A DNA stretch of 64,000 nt, from positions 192,001 to 256,000 of the forward strand of contig CAXXVS010000002.1 in the NCBI GenBank assembly GCA_963674755.2, in the 5' to 3' direction. This document shows positions 44,259 through 54,270 of this stretch, piece by piece (position 1 is the first letter of the stretch; every line of letters begins with the position of its first letter). Both the position numbers and the translations under genes were made by a program. Below the pieces are notes generated by a model, which was not told the DNA's origin, did not search any database, and worked only from the letters and a program-made list of their open reading frames with translations. This stretch comes from Desulfobacterales bacterium. Its GTDB lineage: Bacteria; Desulfobacterota; Desulfobacteria; Desulfobacterales; UBA5852.

Positions 44259-45164
44259 ATGTCCTTAAACACGCTAAAATCCATTATCATGGTGATGCCC
44301 TATTTCGGTCAATGGCCTGAATGGATAGATCTTTTCATGATCTCGTGCCGCTGGAATGCCACGGTCAACTGGCTGTTCATAACGGATTGCGGTACCCCGG
44401 CCTGCGCGCCGGACAACGTCGAGTTCATTCAGATGTCCTATGCTGACTACCGCCAGTTCATCTCCGAGCGTCTGGGCATCCGCTTCCCCGACACATCCCC
44501 CTATAAACTCTGCGATTACAAGCCGACCTACGGTTATCTCCATGAGGATTTGGTCAGGGGATACGACTTCTTCGGGTTCGGTGACATTGACGTGATCTAC
44601 GGCAATATCCGTCATTTTTACACACCCGAAGTCCTTCGCCACAATGTCATCTCAACCCATGACAACCGTCTTTCGGGGCATTTTTGCCTGCTCCGCAACA
44701 ACGAGCGCATGCGGCAAGCCTTCCGTCGTGTTGAAAACTGGCGTATGTACATGGAGACTCCGGAGCACAGAGGATTCGACGAACACAAGTTCCGGCGGAT
44801 TGTACTGCGCCACAACAAACATCCGCGTTTCATGCGCAAAATCAGCGGTTGGCTGGATCCCTATCAACGCGGGACCTATTTTAGAGAACAATACAGCACT
44901 ATTCTGTCGCCGGTGCCATGGCACAACGGTTCACTGGACCATCCCCAGGAATGGCGATGGCGAAGAGGTCGGCTTACCAATACACGGGATGGGGAGCGCG
45001 AGTTTCTCTACCTCCATTTCATGAATTGGAAATCTTCACGCTACCTGTATAAATATCGCGGGGAGGCCGCTGCCTGGGAAGACCATGACGGGGTAGTCCC
45101 TTTCACCGTGACGCCTGATCTCGAAGGGTGGTGGATAACGCGCCGCGGCTTCCACCTGCTATGA
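44259..45164 (+). CDS. DUF6625-like putative glycosyltransferase
   Basis: PYFG.WP.W..LF..SC..N, YKLCDYKP.YG, GDIDVIYG (DxD), GHF.L.RN, FDE, YLHF. Confidence 0.7.
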   Translation: MSLNTLKSIIMVMPYFGQWPEWIDLFMISCRWNATVNWLFITDCGTPACAPDNVEFIQMSYADYRQFISERLGIRFPDTSPYKLCDYKPTYGYLHEDLVRGYDFFGFGDIDVIYGNIRHFYTPEVLRHNVISTHDNRLSGHFCLLRNNERMRQAFRRVENWRMYMETPEHRGFDEHKFRRIVLRHNKHPRFMRKISGWLDPYQRGTYFREQYSTILSPVPWHNGSLDHPQEWRWRRGRLTNTRDGEREFLYLHFMNWKSSRYLYKYRGEAAAWEDHDGVVPFTVTPDLEGWWITRRGFHLL

Positions 45165-45229
45165 AGAATGCGGCCGGTTCCCGGATCCGCTTGGAGCCCG
45201 TCCGGTTAATTTGAAAAACAAGGAAATTC

Positions 45230-45919
45230 ATGATGTCTTTCTTCAAGAAATTTCGCGCTACCGCGCCCAACGACATTCGCGCCGAACGTTTTATCCAAAG
45301 CCTTTATTCTGAAACACATGTCGATTATCCCAGCGTCAAACATAGTCTCGACTGGTCGACCAAGAGAAGGCATCTCGACTTTCTCCATAATTTTGTTAAC
45401 GCTTTAAAACCCAAGGTCATTATTGAGACAGGCACCTTTGAAGGCCACGGAACCTATGCAATGGCGGCTGCGGCCCATGCGAACGACAATCACGCGCGAA
45501 TATTTACCATCGACTACGATGGCGATCCTATTCAAGATGCAAAAGGCTCGGTAAGCCAGGAGCAATGGTTGGCGCTTAAGCATATTCGTCAAAGCCACTT
45601 GGAAACCATAAAGAAAAAATTCCCGAATTGCATGGTGACCTTCGTGGAAGGTGATTCTCGCGAAGTGCTGCCGGTGCTGTTGGATACGATTGATCAATGG
45701 GATTTTTGGTATCAGGACTCCATGCATTTTGCCGAGGGCATACAGCAGGAATGGGAAATTATGGAGGCGAAAGCCGCCGTGAATGCCACCATTATATTTG
45801 ACGATATCAGTAAGAAAAATCGATTCAGTCGCTGGTTTAAGGCCAACTATAAACGCTCGTGGCGTTATGCACCACGTCGGGATTTTGGCCACAAACAGTG
45901 TTTGGCGCAAAAAAAATAG
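45230..45919 (+). CDS. Class I SAM-dependent methyltransferase (Methyltransf_24-like)
   Basis: IIETGTFEG, TID, VEGDS..VL, QDS.H, IIFDD. Confidence 0.8.
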   Translation: MMSFFKKFRATAPNDIRAERFIQSLYSETHVDYPSVKHSLDWSTKRRHLDFLHNFVNALKPKVIIETGTFEGHGTYAMAAAAHANDNHARIFTIDYDGDPIQDAKGSVSQEQWLALKHIRQSHLETIKKKFPNCMVTFVEGDSREVLPVLLDTIDQWDFWYQDSMHFAEGIQQEWEIMEAKAAVNATIIFDDISKKNRFSRWFKANYKRSWRYAPRRDFGHKQCLAQKK

Positions 45920-45970
45920 AAATATTGTATAGCGATTGGCCTCAATTCCGCGGCCTTACCCTGCCAAGTG

Positions 45971-47461
45971 CTAAGGATAGCGTTGGCGGCCTTGCGGTGC
46001 CGTATCGAGCGCATCCGTCAGCCGCTCCGCCATTCCGGTTATTTGGTGGTTAACCTCACGCAAACCTCTCCAGTTGAGTTGCAGGCGTCTTAGATCTTTA
46101 CGGAAAGCCCGTTTGAATTTGGCTGGATTGCGATGAGCTTGCATTCCGTCCAGGTCCACCAAATAGAGTTGGTTTGAGGATATAAGGAAATTGGTCGCTT
46201 TGAAATCACCATGGCTGATTCGTGCTCCGGCTAACTGCATAAGAAGCGTCTCCAGTTGACCGAACCAATGGGCAATGGCTAGGGGCTGGTCGATTCTGGC
46301 GCGAATGATCCGATCAATCGTTTCTCCCGGCAGATAGGCCATTATGAAATAGGCTCGTCTCCGAATCCACCCCCATCTTTCTTCAATCACGGCCAGCGGC
46401 CGCGGTGTGGCAATCCCTATAAAACGAAGTCGCTGTGCGTTCTGCCAGGAGATCATGGCCCGGCTGGGACGCAGGCTGCGGCTGAGGGCATGGACCCTGT
46501 TTTTGATGTTGTAGCGCTTGACCACAACATCCTGACCATCGACGGAACATCTTGCAACCGTGGCACTGTTGCCGGCTTTGAGAATGGTGCCGGTCTCGAT
46601 GAAGGCATCCGGATCGTTCAACAGGGGCTGGAAGACGGGGGTATACCATTCGCGGTCACATGCTATGAATCGGCGCCATTGCTTGCGGACGACAAAGGCT
46701 GTGCATGACCGCCGCGTTTTGGGGAGAAAGCGTTTTAAGCGCCACGCTCGCCAGCGCTGGATAGCCGCGTTGATGTCGTGGTAGACGAGGGATTGGGGCG
46801 GCCAATTGCGGCAGGTGCGATAGACTTCCAGCAAGGGGGGCACCAGGGCGTCAAAGCTTGGCTGAAACTGGGCGAAAAACAGGGCCAGATTGGAAAGGCT
46901 GTGCCGCTGGGAAAGCGGTACAGGGCCGGGCTTTTCGATATCATCGCCATCGATGACCATCACCTGGTTGCCCGCTATCAGAAAATTGCCGGGATGGATA
47001 TCCCGCTGTCTGAGGCCGGCCGCATGCAGCCCGGCGATGGATGCCACCACGGGCCGTAGCGTCTCGAACCGTCCCTTGGCGCTGCACCGTCTCAGGCGTT
47101 CGCTTAGGTCCGCAAAACCGCACATTTCACGGACCAGGAGCACGGGGGCCTGACCATCCGCCAGTCGCCCCTGGAAAAGAATGTCGGGCGTAGGGATCCC
47201 GGCCGCCCTCAGGGCTTCGATTCCCTGCCGCTCCCGTCGGTAGTGTCGTTCGGCGCCTGACGGGTCAAGGAAGAGTTTGGCGACGACCGGCACGCCGTCG
47301 GCTCGCGTGCCGGAACAGACCAGACGTTTGCCGGGCAGATGTCGCAGCACAGCGGTGCATGTCAGGCGGGAAGGGCCTTCATCCGTGCACAGAACCAATT
47401 GAAACGGAGTCGGCATCCCCCGTTTCGCATCGCGCAGCGTGCGGGTTTCAAAGCGGCGCAT
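45971..47461 (-). CDS. Tandem-domain LPS kinase (InaA/Kdo-WaaP family; Pseudomonas PA5006-like)
   Basis: Two kinase-like halves: LR.LPGKR.V, QRDIHPGNFL..IDGD; then LK.GNSATV, VKRYNIK, HGDFKATNFL, VDLD. Confidence 0.8.
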   Translation of the reverse strand: MRRFETRTLRDAKRGMPTPFQLVLCTDEGPSRLTCTAVLRHLPGKRLVCSGTRADGVPVVAKLFLDPSGAERHYRRERQGIEALRAAGIPTPDILFQGRLADGQAPVLLVREMCGFADLSERLRRCSAKGRFETLRPVVASIAGLHAAGLRQRDIHPGNFLIAGNQVMVIDGDDIEKPGPVPLSQRHSLSNLALFFAQFQPSFDALVPPLLEVYRTCRNWPPQSLVYHDINAAIQRWRAWRLKRFLPKTRRSCTAFVVRKQWRRFIACDREWYTPVFQPLLNDPDAFIETGTILKAGNSATVARCSVDGQDVVVKRYNIKNRVHALSRSLRPSRAMISWQNAQRLRFIGIATPRPLAVIEERWGWIRRRAYFIMAYLPGETIDRIIRARIDQPLAIAHWFGQLETLLMQLAGARISHGDFKATNFLISSNQLYLVDLDGMQAHRNPAKFKRAFRKDLRRLQLNWRGLREVNHQITGMAERLTDALDTAPQGRQRYP

Positions 47462-47643
47462 GCGTCGCTCCCCCCAGCGTCGGCTGATCCGCCGCTGGAC
47501 GCTTCGAATTGTTCCGGGGACACTCTGACTGTAAGGTGAATTTTATCATTATCATTGGCCTGAGCCGTTGGGTTGACGACGGGTGTTCCCGGCGGCTTAG
47601 ATTCGGAATTCCCGGAATTTTGGAGATCGGTCTTTGGTTCCCG

Positions 47644-48477
47644 TCAGGAAGCACGGGGTTTACCGATGCACAAGGGCGCTTTGCGTTGGTATTCGCGATA
47701 CCCGGCCTGGGCCCTACGGGCCACCTTTTTCCAGAACCGTCCCTCCTCGCGGAGCACCGTCCGCCAGGGGCGCTGGTGATATTCTTGGATGAATCGCAGA
47801 AGATCCCGCCGGGTCAGACCGATATCCATGCTCGAAAAATAAAGGCCGGCCACATCTTTGATATGCCAGCGTCGTTTCATCCGGCGGTGCTGCTCCGCCC
47901 GATGGAGATCGATCAGGTACAAGCGGGGCAGAGGGCTTGCGGGGGCCTGGAGATCTGCCGTGGTATCCAGCAGGAAGTGGCAGAGGTATAGATCGCGGTG
48001 TACCATGCCGTTGGTATGCAGGGTTCGGGCGATTTGGGCGACCCGTTCGATCAGGGCCCGCTTCAATCGGGGAGACGGGGGCTGCGTTTTCCAGTTCAGG
48101 CAGAAATCTTCCAGGCTGATGGTGGGCCGCAATTCTTCCGTGATGATGAAGGAGCGTCGATGCACGGGATGACGCCCCTGTTTCCCATAACCCGCCAGCT
48201 GCATGGTTTCAATGCCGATGCGCGGGAGGATCTCGATGGCCTGCCATTCATTTTCGGCGCCGATGAAGGGTTTACGAAATTTCAGCAGGCAGGCCAACAA
48301 GGCCTTCCAGCCGATGCCCATGTAGACTTTGGCAAAATAGCTTTGCCCGTCCAGTTCGAAACGGAAAGTGCGGCGCCCCTCCTTTTCGCGGTAGACTTGG
48401 CCTTCCAGGTGCGCAAGGATGGTGTAGATATCCTGGCCGGCCCAGACCTTTTGCAGGGGTTCAACGAGTTTCAGCAT
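47644..48477 (-). CDS. waaP: LPS core heptose(I) kinase
   Basis: G.VYRE.EGRRT.RF, GIGW, GA.NEW.AI, SFIITEEL.PTISLEDFC, HRDLYLCHFLL, IDLHRA, KD.AGLYFSSMDIGLT.RD. Confidence 0.93.
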   Translation of the reverse strand: MLKLVEPLQKVWAGQDIYTILAHLEGQVYREKEGRRTFRFELDGQSYFAKVYMGIGWKALLACLLKFRKPFIGAENEWQAIEILPRIGIETMQLAGYGKQGRHPVHRRSFIITEELRPTISLEDFCLNWKTQPPSPRLKRALIERVAQIARTLHTNGMVHRDLYLCHFLLDTTADLQAPASPLPRLYLIDLHRAEQHRRMKRRWHIKDVAGLYFSSMDIGLTRRDLLRFIQEYHQRPWRTVLREEGRFWKKVARRAQAGYREYQRKAPLCIGKPRAS

Positions 48478-49589
48478 GGGGGGCGCCCTTCGATGATGTC
48501 GGCGGCTTTTTCCGGCATGCTGAAGACGTCGTGGCGGGTGACATAGCGCCAGCCGTTTTCCCCCCATGCCGCGCGATGATCGCATGTGAGCATTTCCGTC
48601 AGAAGGCGATCCAATTCGGGCTGCTGAAAGGGTGAGGGCAGCAGCCGTCCGGCGCCGGCCCGCTCGACATGATAGCCGTACCCGCACACATCGGTGGCCA
48701 GCACCGGCAGACGGGCCGCCATGGCCTCGATGAGGACGGTGCCGGTGTTCTCCCGGTAGGCGGGGTGCAGGAGGAGATCGGCGCTGAAGAGAAAGCGGGG
48801 GATGTCGTCACGTCCGTGGAAGAAAAGGATGTGTCTGGCAATGCCCAGACGGCGGGCCAACGCCTGAAAAGGCCGAAAATTATCCCGGCCGATAATGACC
48901 AGCACGGCCTTGCGGCGCAGACCTTCCGGCAGGGCTGCAAAAGCCTTCATGGCGCGGTCGGTGCCCTTGGTCCGAAACCCCGAACCGACCATGAGAATCA
49001 TATGGCTGTCCGCCGCAATCTTGAGTTCGGCGCGCAGCTGGCGGCGTATATCAGCGCCATCGGCCGGGAAAAGGCGGTCCCGCGCGATACCGGGCGGCAG
49101 GACATGAAATCGGTCTCCCGGCGTACCATAGTAATGCTGATAGACCGTGCGATCCTTCTCCGTCAGCAGCAGGATGCGGGTGGCGGCCGTCGGCGCGAAC
49201 ACCGCTCGCTCGAGGGCCAGATAGGACCGGCCGCGTCCGGTGTAAGGATACCAGAAAGGTTTGGCTTCCACCCGTTCGGCAAAACAGCTGTCGGCGGCAT
49301 AGTAGAAATCGAGCCCGGGCATCTTGCTGAACCCCACGACGGCATCATACCCGTTAGAGCGGGTCCGGCGCCGAACCTCCCGGGACAGGGCCAGCCGCCG
49401 CTGGTGGTTGCTGAAGGCCCGCAGCCCAAGAACGGTGACGTTCAATCCTGCGGGCACCTCGCCCTGCCAATAGGGGGTGAATACATCCACATGGTGCCCG
49501 CGGGCCATGCAGGTCCGGGCGATTTGCAAAAAGTCCCGCTGCAGGCCGCCAAAAGGAAAATATTTTATCAAGGTGAAGGCGAACTTCAT
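48471..49589 (-). CDS. waaG: LPS core hexosyltransferase (WaaG/WapG, GT4)
   Basis: KYFPFGGLQRDF, GF.KMPGLD.YYAAD, LPPGI, GSGF.TKG.DR, HPAY.ENTGTVL.EA. Confidence 0.92.
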   Translation of the reverse strand: MKFAFTLIKYFPFGGLQRDFLQIARTCMARGHHVDVFTPYWQGEVPAGLNVTVLGLRAFSNHQRRLALSREVRRRTRSNGYDAVVGFSKMPGLDFYYAADSCFAERVEAKPFWYPYTGRGRSYLALERAVFAPTAATRILLLTEKDRTVYQHYYGTPGDRFHVLPPGIARDRLFPADGADIRRQLRAELKIAADSHMILMVGSGFRTKGTDRAMKAFAALPEGLRRKAVLVIIGRDNFRPFQALARRLGIARHILFFHGRDDIPRFLFSADLLLHPAYRENTGTVLIEAMAARLPVLATDVCGYGYHVERAGAGRLLPSPFQQPELDRLLTEMLTCDHRAAWGENGWRYVTRHDVFSMPEKAADIIEGRPPC

Positions 49590-49899
49590 GCCCTGGCTCG
49601 TCAATTTGGGTGGCGTCCTAAATCGGGCCTTGTATTAGACCATGCCCTGCCGGATTGCAAGGGGCGGCCTTGGGCGACCGGCACGGAACACGGGGTTACA
49701 TCTTGCCAAAGCAGGGTAACCCTGATAACCATGGTGCGCATTCCGGCTGCGGCCGCGGGCGCTTCGGCGACCTGTTGGGCAGGCACCGCAGAGGGATGGG
49801 ATACCATCAGACTGGGGGCCGATGCGCCTGCAAACAGACGGCAGCTTCGCGCGGATGCCCGGGAAACGATGTGACCGATTTGAAACGGGAGGTTGTGAT

Positions 49900-50073
49900 A
49901 TGAGTCTGAACAAGGCCCTTTTGGACATTCTGGTTTGTCCGCAGTGCAAGGGAGAATTGCAGCTGGAGGCGGATGAGAGCGGTTTGCGTTGCGAGGCCTG
50001 CCGCCTGCGCTACGCCATCCGTGACGATATCCCCATCATGCTGGTGGACGAAGCCCAGCCTTTGGATGCATGA
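49900..50073 (+). CDS. ycaR: Trm112/YcaR family protein
   Basis: LLDILVCP.CKG.L...C..C.L.Y.IRDDIPIML.DEA; RBS ggagg. Confidence 0.9.
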   Translation: MSLNKALLDILVCPQCKGELQLEADESGLRCEACRLRYAIRDDIPIMLVDEAQPLDA

Positions 50074-50612
50074 GTGTCCCGGCGCCACCACGTCCGGCCA
50101 AACTGATCGTCGGTTTTTTCCTGGCACGCCAAACCCTGGCCGAAAGCGTTGGCGGTCGGCTGGAAGACCTCTTCGGCCCGGTGGATCTTGTCAGTGAATG
50201 GCTGCCCTTTGATTTTACGGACTATTACGCCAGGGAAATGGGGGGGCCGCTCTACCGGCAACTTTTGGCCTTTAAAAACCTGATCGATCAGGAACAGCTG
50301 CCGGATATCAAGCACCAAACCAACGCCATCGAATCCGCCTTTACCCGCGAGGGGCGCCGGGAAGTCAATATCGATCCGGGCTATCTCCTGCTGGAGCGGC
50401 TGGTTCTGGCCACCGGTAAAAATTTTTCCCATCGGATCTATCTCCGGCGGGGCATTTATGCCGACCTGACGCTTGTCTATCGCAAGGAGCGTTTCGCATC
50501 CCTGCCATGGACTTACCCGGATTATGCCGATGCACGACTGCAGGCCTTCCTCCTTGAGGTGCGGGAAAAGTACGCCTTGGACCTGAAACAGCAACCGTCC
50601 GGTCAACACTAG
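50070..50612 (+). CDS. DUF4416 family protein
   Basis: F..TDYY..EMG, K..TN..E, R.VNIDPGY, LATGKNFSHRIYL..GIYA, PWTYPDY. Confidence 0.85.
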   Translation: MSVPAPPRPAKLIVGFFLARQTLAESVGGRLEDLFGPVDLVSEWLPFDFTDYYAREMGGPLYRQLLAFKNLIDQEQLPDIKHQTNAIESAFTREGRREVNIDPGYLLLERLVLATGKNFSHRIYLRRGIYADLTLVYRKERFASLPWTYPDYADARLQAFLLEVREKYALDLKQQPSGQH

Positions 50613-50677
50613 GCGCGTTTGCGGAGTACCAGCCGGTCGACATGGAATTCATTCCGAAGGACAGACGATAGGGGATT

Positions 50678-51559
50678 ATGTTGAAAAGTATGACGGGCTA
50701 TGCCCGGGCGGAATGCCATACCGCCCAGTATGAAGGCGTGGTGGAGATTCGCTGCTATAACAGCAAGAACCTGGATATGGCGCTGCATATCGCCCGTGCC
50801 TATCTCCCGCTGGAAGAGCGTATCAAGACCATTGTGACGGGGCGCATCCATCGAGGGCGCGTCGAAATGCGGATCGACATCAAGGTGCTGCAGGATGAAC
50901 AGCAGACCTTTGACATCGACGGGGTCCGCGCCCGGGCCTACCGGGATGCCCTCCAGCAGTTGCAGCGTGAGCTGAACATCCCGGGCGAGATCTCGCTGGA
51001 CATGCTGATCGGGGCCGGTGGCATCATCAAACCGGCGGAAAGCGAGCGGGACATGGATCCGATCTGGCCGGTGGTGCAGGAAAGCCTGGAAGACGCCCTG
51101 GCATCCCTGGACCGCATGCGGCAAAGAGAGGGACAAGCGCTGGCCGCGGATTTGGAGCAGCGGCTGGCGACCATCGAAGACCACCTGAAGCAGATCGAAC
51201 AGGCCAGTGAGGGCCTGTTGGATATTTACCGGACAAAACTGCTCGACCGCATTCAGGCGCTTACCCAGGGCCAGATTGAGATCGATCCTGGCCGTATTGC
51301 CCAGGAGGCGGCTTTTCTGGCGGACCGCAGCGACATTTCCGAGGAGCTCGTGCGGGCGGCCAGCCATCTGGAACAATTTCGCCGTATTCTGGCCGGCGAG
51401 GCCCCGGCCGGCCGCAAACTCAATTTCCTGCTGCAGGAATTCAACCGCGAATTCAACACCATGGGTGCCAAAACTTCCCAGAGCGCGATCGCCCACCGGG
51501 TGGTGGAGCTCAAGTGCGAACTGGAAAAGATTCGGGAGCAGATTCAGAATATCGAATAG
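50678..51559 (+). CDS. yicC: YicC/YloC family endoribonuclease
   Basis: SMTGY, RG.V, DISEE..R..SH, GRKL.FL.QE.NRE.NT, LEKIREQ.QNIE. Confidence 0.93.
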   Translation: MLKSMTGYARAECHTAQYEGVVEIRCYNSKNLDMALHIARAYLPLEERIKTIVTGRIHRGRVEMRIDIKVLQDEQQTFDIDGVRARAYRDALQQLQRELNIPGEISLDMLIGAGGIIKPAESERDMDPIWPVVQESLEDALASLDRMRQREGQALAADLEQRLATIEDHLKQIEQASEGLLDIYRTKLLDRIQALTQGQIEIDPGRIAQEAAFLADRSDISEELVRAASHLEQFRRILAGEAPAGRKLNFLLQEFNREFNTMGAKTSQSAIAHRVVELKCELEKIREQIQNIE

Positions 51560-51612
51560 GCGATGCCGGCATGGCCGTTCGAGGGACCTCCAAAGGGATT
51601 AATTATCTGGTT

Positions 51613-51867
51613 ATGGAACCGAATTTATTAAATATCGGGTTTGGAAGCACCGTGGTTGCGGATCGCGTGGTGGCGATCGTGGCACCCAATTCGGCACCGA
51701 TGAAACGTCTCAAGGACGAGGCCAAGAAGGATCAGCGGCTGATCGATGCCACCCATGGCCGCCGTACGCGCTCGATCATCGTCATGGACAGCAATCATGT
51801 TGTCCTCTCGGCCATCCAGGCCGAGACGGTATCCCAGCGTTTCGCCATGTTGAAAGAGGGCTCGTGA
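51613..51867 (+). CDS. remA: RemA/DUF370 family protein
   Basis: LNIGFG..V...R.VAI....SAP.KRL, LIDAT.GRRTRS.I..DS.HV.LSAIQ.ET; yicC-remA-gmk synteny. Confidence 0.88.
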   Translation: MEPNLLNIGFGSTVVADRVVAIVAPNSAPMKRLKDEAKKDQRLIDATHGRRTRSIIVMDSNHVVLSAIQAETVSQRFAMLKEGS

Positions 51868-51883
51868 CGAGAGCGGCCTGCCA

Positions 51884-52504
51884 ATGACCACCGCGAATCG
51901 CCGTTTGTCCCCCGAGTTAGGGCGGTTGTTCATCGTATCGGCCCCATCGGGCGCCGGCAAATCCACTCTTTGCGGTCTTCTATTGGCGCGTATGCCGAAC
52001 CTGCGCTATTCGGTTTCCACCACGACCCGGTCGCCGCGCAAAGGCGAGGTTGAGGGCCGCGACTATTTTTTCACCGATGTGGAGCGCTTCAAAGCCGGTA
52101 TCGCCGCCCATCAGTGGGCCGAATGGGCGGAAGTGCACGGCCACTACTACGGCACCTCGGCGGCCTTTATCGATGCCCAGCGGGCGGCCGGCCATGACCT
52201 GCTGCTGGATATCGATGTCCAGGGCGCGGCCCAACTGCGTGCCATGTACCCGGAAGCCGTCTCCATTTTTATCATGCCGCCCTCCATGGCGGTTTTGCGG
52301 CAGCGCTTGGAACAACGCGGTGCGGATGCCCCTGAGGTCATCGAGCAGCGCCTCGCCAACGCCCGCCGGGAAATGGACCAGCGTGACGCCTACCAGTTCA
52401 CCATCGTCAACGATCGCCTTGAAGAAGCCCTTGGGGATCTTCTTCGAATCGTAAGTCGTCCGGCAGCGGGCGACGACAGGGTAGGGCCGCACCCGAGCCG
52501 CTGA
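51884..52504 (+). CDS. gmk: Guanylate kinase
   Basis: SAPSGAGKST, TTR.PR.GE..G.DY.F, YYGT, LDIDVQG, FI.PPS. Confidence 0.96.
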   Translation: MTTANRRLSPELGRLFIVSAPSGAGKSTLCGLLLARMPNLRYSVSTTTRSPRKGEVEGRDYFFTDVERFKAGIAAHQWAEWAEVHGHYYGTSAAFIDAQRAAGHDLLLDIDVQGAAQLRAMYPEAVSIFIMPPSMAVLRQRLEQRGADAPEVIEQRLANARREMDQRDAYQFTIVNDRLEEALGDLLRIVSRPAAGDDRVGPHPSR

Positions 52505-52526
52505 AAGCGGCCGGAGGACGCGCACC

Positions 52527-53291
52527 ATGACAGACCCCAGAACCGAAGTGCTATACGGCTTTCATCCGGTATGCGAGGCCTTGCGGGCCAGGCGGCGTGC
52601 CATTCACGCCCTGTTGATCCGTAAGGAGCGCCAGGATGCCCGCCTGCAATCACTTTGTGCCATGGCGGCGGAACAGGGGATCGCCATTCAAGGTGTGGAT
52701 GAAAGGCGTTTGACGGATATGGCCGGCCGGGGCGTTCACCAAGGCGTATGCGCCCAGGTGGGGCCTATGCCATACAGCGATCTGGCGGATGTCGTGGAAA
52801 GGACGGACGGCCTTACCGGCGCTCCCTTTGTGCTGCTGCTCGACTCCCTGCAGGATCCCCGCAATCTGGGGGCCGTCCTCCGGTCGGCCTATTGCGCCGG
52901 CGTGGACGGGGTGGTCATCCCCCGGGACCGTTCGGCGGCACCGAGTCCCCTGGTATCCAAGGCCTCGGCCGGCGCAATGGAACATCTGCCCATCGCCCGT
53001 GTTCCCAATATCGTCAATGCGTTGAAACACCTAAAGAAAAGGGGGCTGTGGGTGGCGGGGCTGGCAGGTGGCGCGGAACGATCCCTTTTTGACGCCGATC
53101 TGACGGTTCCCCTGGGAGTGGTTGTGGGGGGGGAGGAAAAGGGTCTGCGACCGCTGGTGAAACAGCATTGCGATTTCCTGGTAGCCATTCCCCATGCCCG
53201 TGAGTTTAATTCACTAAACGCCTCCGTGGCGGCAGGCGTGGCGATGTTTGAAACCTATCGCCAGCGGTCCCGAAGGCGTCCGACAGCCTAA
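52527..53291 (+). CDS. rlmB: 23S rRNA Gm2251 methyltransferase (SpoU family)
   Basis: G.HPV.EAL, HQGV, LD..QDP.NLGA..RSA, KASAGA, G.E..GLR, SLNASVA. Confidence 0.93.
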   Translation: MTDPRTEVLYGFHPVCEALRARRRAIHALLIRKERQDARLQSLCAMAAEQGIAIQGVDERRLTDMAGRGVHQGVCAQVGPMPYSDLADVVERTDGLTGAPFVLLLDSLQDPRNLGAVLRSAYCAGVDGVVIPRDRSAAPSPLVSKASAGAMEHLPIARVPNIVNALKHLKKRGLWVAGLAGGAERSLFDADLTVPLGVVVGGEEKGLRPLVKQHCDFLVAIPHAREFNSLNASVAAGVAMFETYRQRSRRRPTA

Positions 53292-53313
53292 GGGACTTGA
53301 CACCTAGGAAGGC

Positions 53314-54270
53314 ATGGCGGACGCCATGCGGGGAGGCGCTGTTTTGCCGGGAACGGTTGACGATAGCCCAAGCCCCTCCAACCGCTGGATGGGAACATTC
53401 CACTATGTCGCAAGAGTGGTCACCGAGGCCATCTTTCCGCGCCAATGCCTGGCCTGCGGTGACCATTGGACCATGGCCGCGGATAGAGGCCCGGATTCGC
53501 GGGCCGATACACCGGAAGCGGTTCTGGCCGATGTGTTCCAGCAGGTCGCGCATCCCCATCTTTGCCCGGCGTGCATCCGCGCCTTCGAACCGATGACAGC
53601 ACCGCTTTGCACCTGCTGCGGGGTGATGTTTCCAAGCCGCATCGGCGAGAACCATCGCTGCGGGACATGTATCCGGCATCCGGTCGCCTACCGGCAGGCG
53701 CGCTCGGCCGGGGTTTATACCGGCGGACTGATGGCGCTGATCCACCACCTGAAATACCGCGCCTGTCTGGCCTTAAGGGATCCCCTGGCGCGGCTCCTGC
53801 AGGCGGTTTTCGCCCAACACTGGCCAGAGGGGGAGGTCGATATGGTGCTGCCGATCCCGCTGCATGCCCGTCGCTGGCGGGAACGGGGGTTCAACCAGGC
53901 GCAGATGCTGGTGGATGCCTGGGCGCCATCCGGGGGCGCGTTTAAACGCGACCGGCGGCCATTCCCCAGGGCGCGGCGGATCCTCGTCAGGTCTCAGCCG
54001 ACCTTGCCCCAGACCGGTTTGGGCAAACGGGACCGCCGCCAAAATATCCGGGGGGCTTTTGCCGTGATCGCCCCCCGGGCGGTAAAAGGTGCTCATATCC
54101 TTCTGGTGGACGATGTCTATACCACCGGTGCCACCGCCGACGAGGCGGCACGGGCCCTCATGCGAAGCGGGGCCGCCTGCGTGGACGTCCTCACCGTGGC
54201 ACGCACCATGCCCCGGAGCCGATCTCAGCAACCCCTTACAATGCTAACTGCCGGACCAGATCATGAATGA
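53314..54270 (+). CDS. comF: ComF/ComFC family protein (zinc ribbons plus PRTase domain); start uncertain
   Basis: FP..C..C and further CxxC pairs, P.PLH..R..ERGFNQA, Q..L....R..N...AF, LLVDDV.TTGAT. Confidence 0.88.
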   Translation: MADAMRGGAVLPGTVDDSPSPSNRWMGTFHYVARVVTEAIFPRQCLACGDHWTMAADRGPDSRADTPEAVLADVFQQVAHPHLCPACIRAFEPMTAPLCTCCGVMFPSRIGENHRCGTCIRHPVAYRQARSAGVYTGGLMALIHHLKYRACLALRDPLARLLQAVFAQHWPEGEVDMVLPIPLHARRWRERGFNQAQMLVDAWAPSGGAFKRDRRPFPRARRILVRSQPTLPQTGLGKRDRRQNIRGAFAVIAPRAVKGAHILLVDDVYTTGATADEAARALMRSGAACVDVLTVARTMPRSRSQQPLTMLTAGPDHE

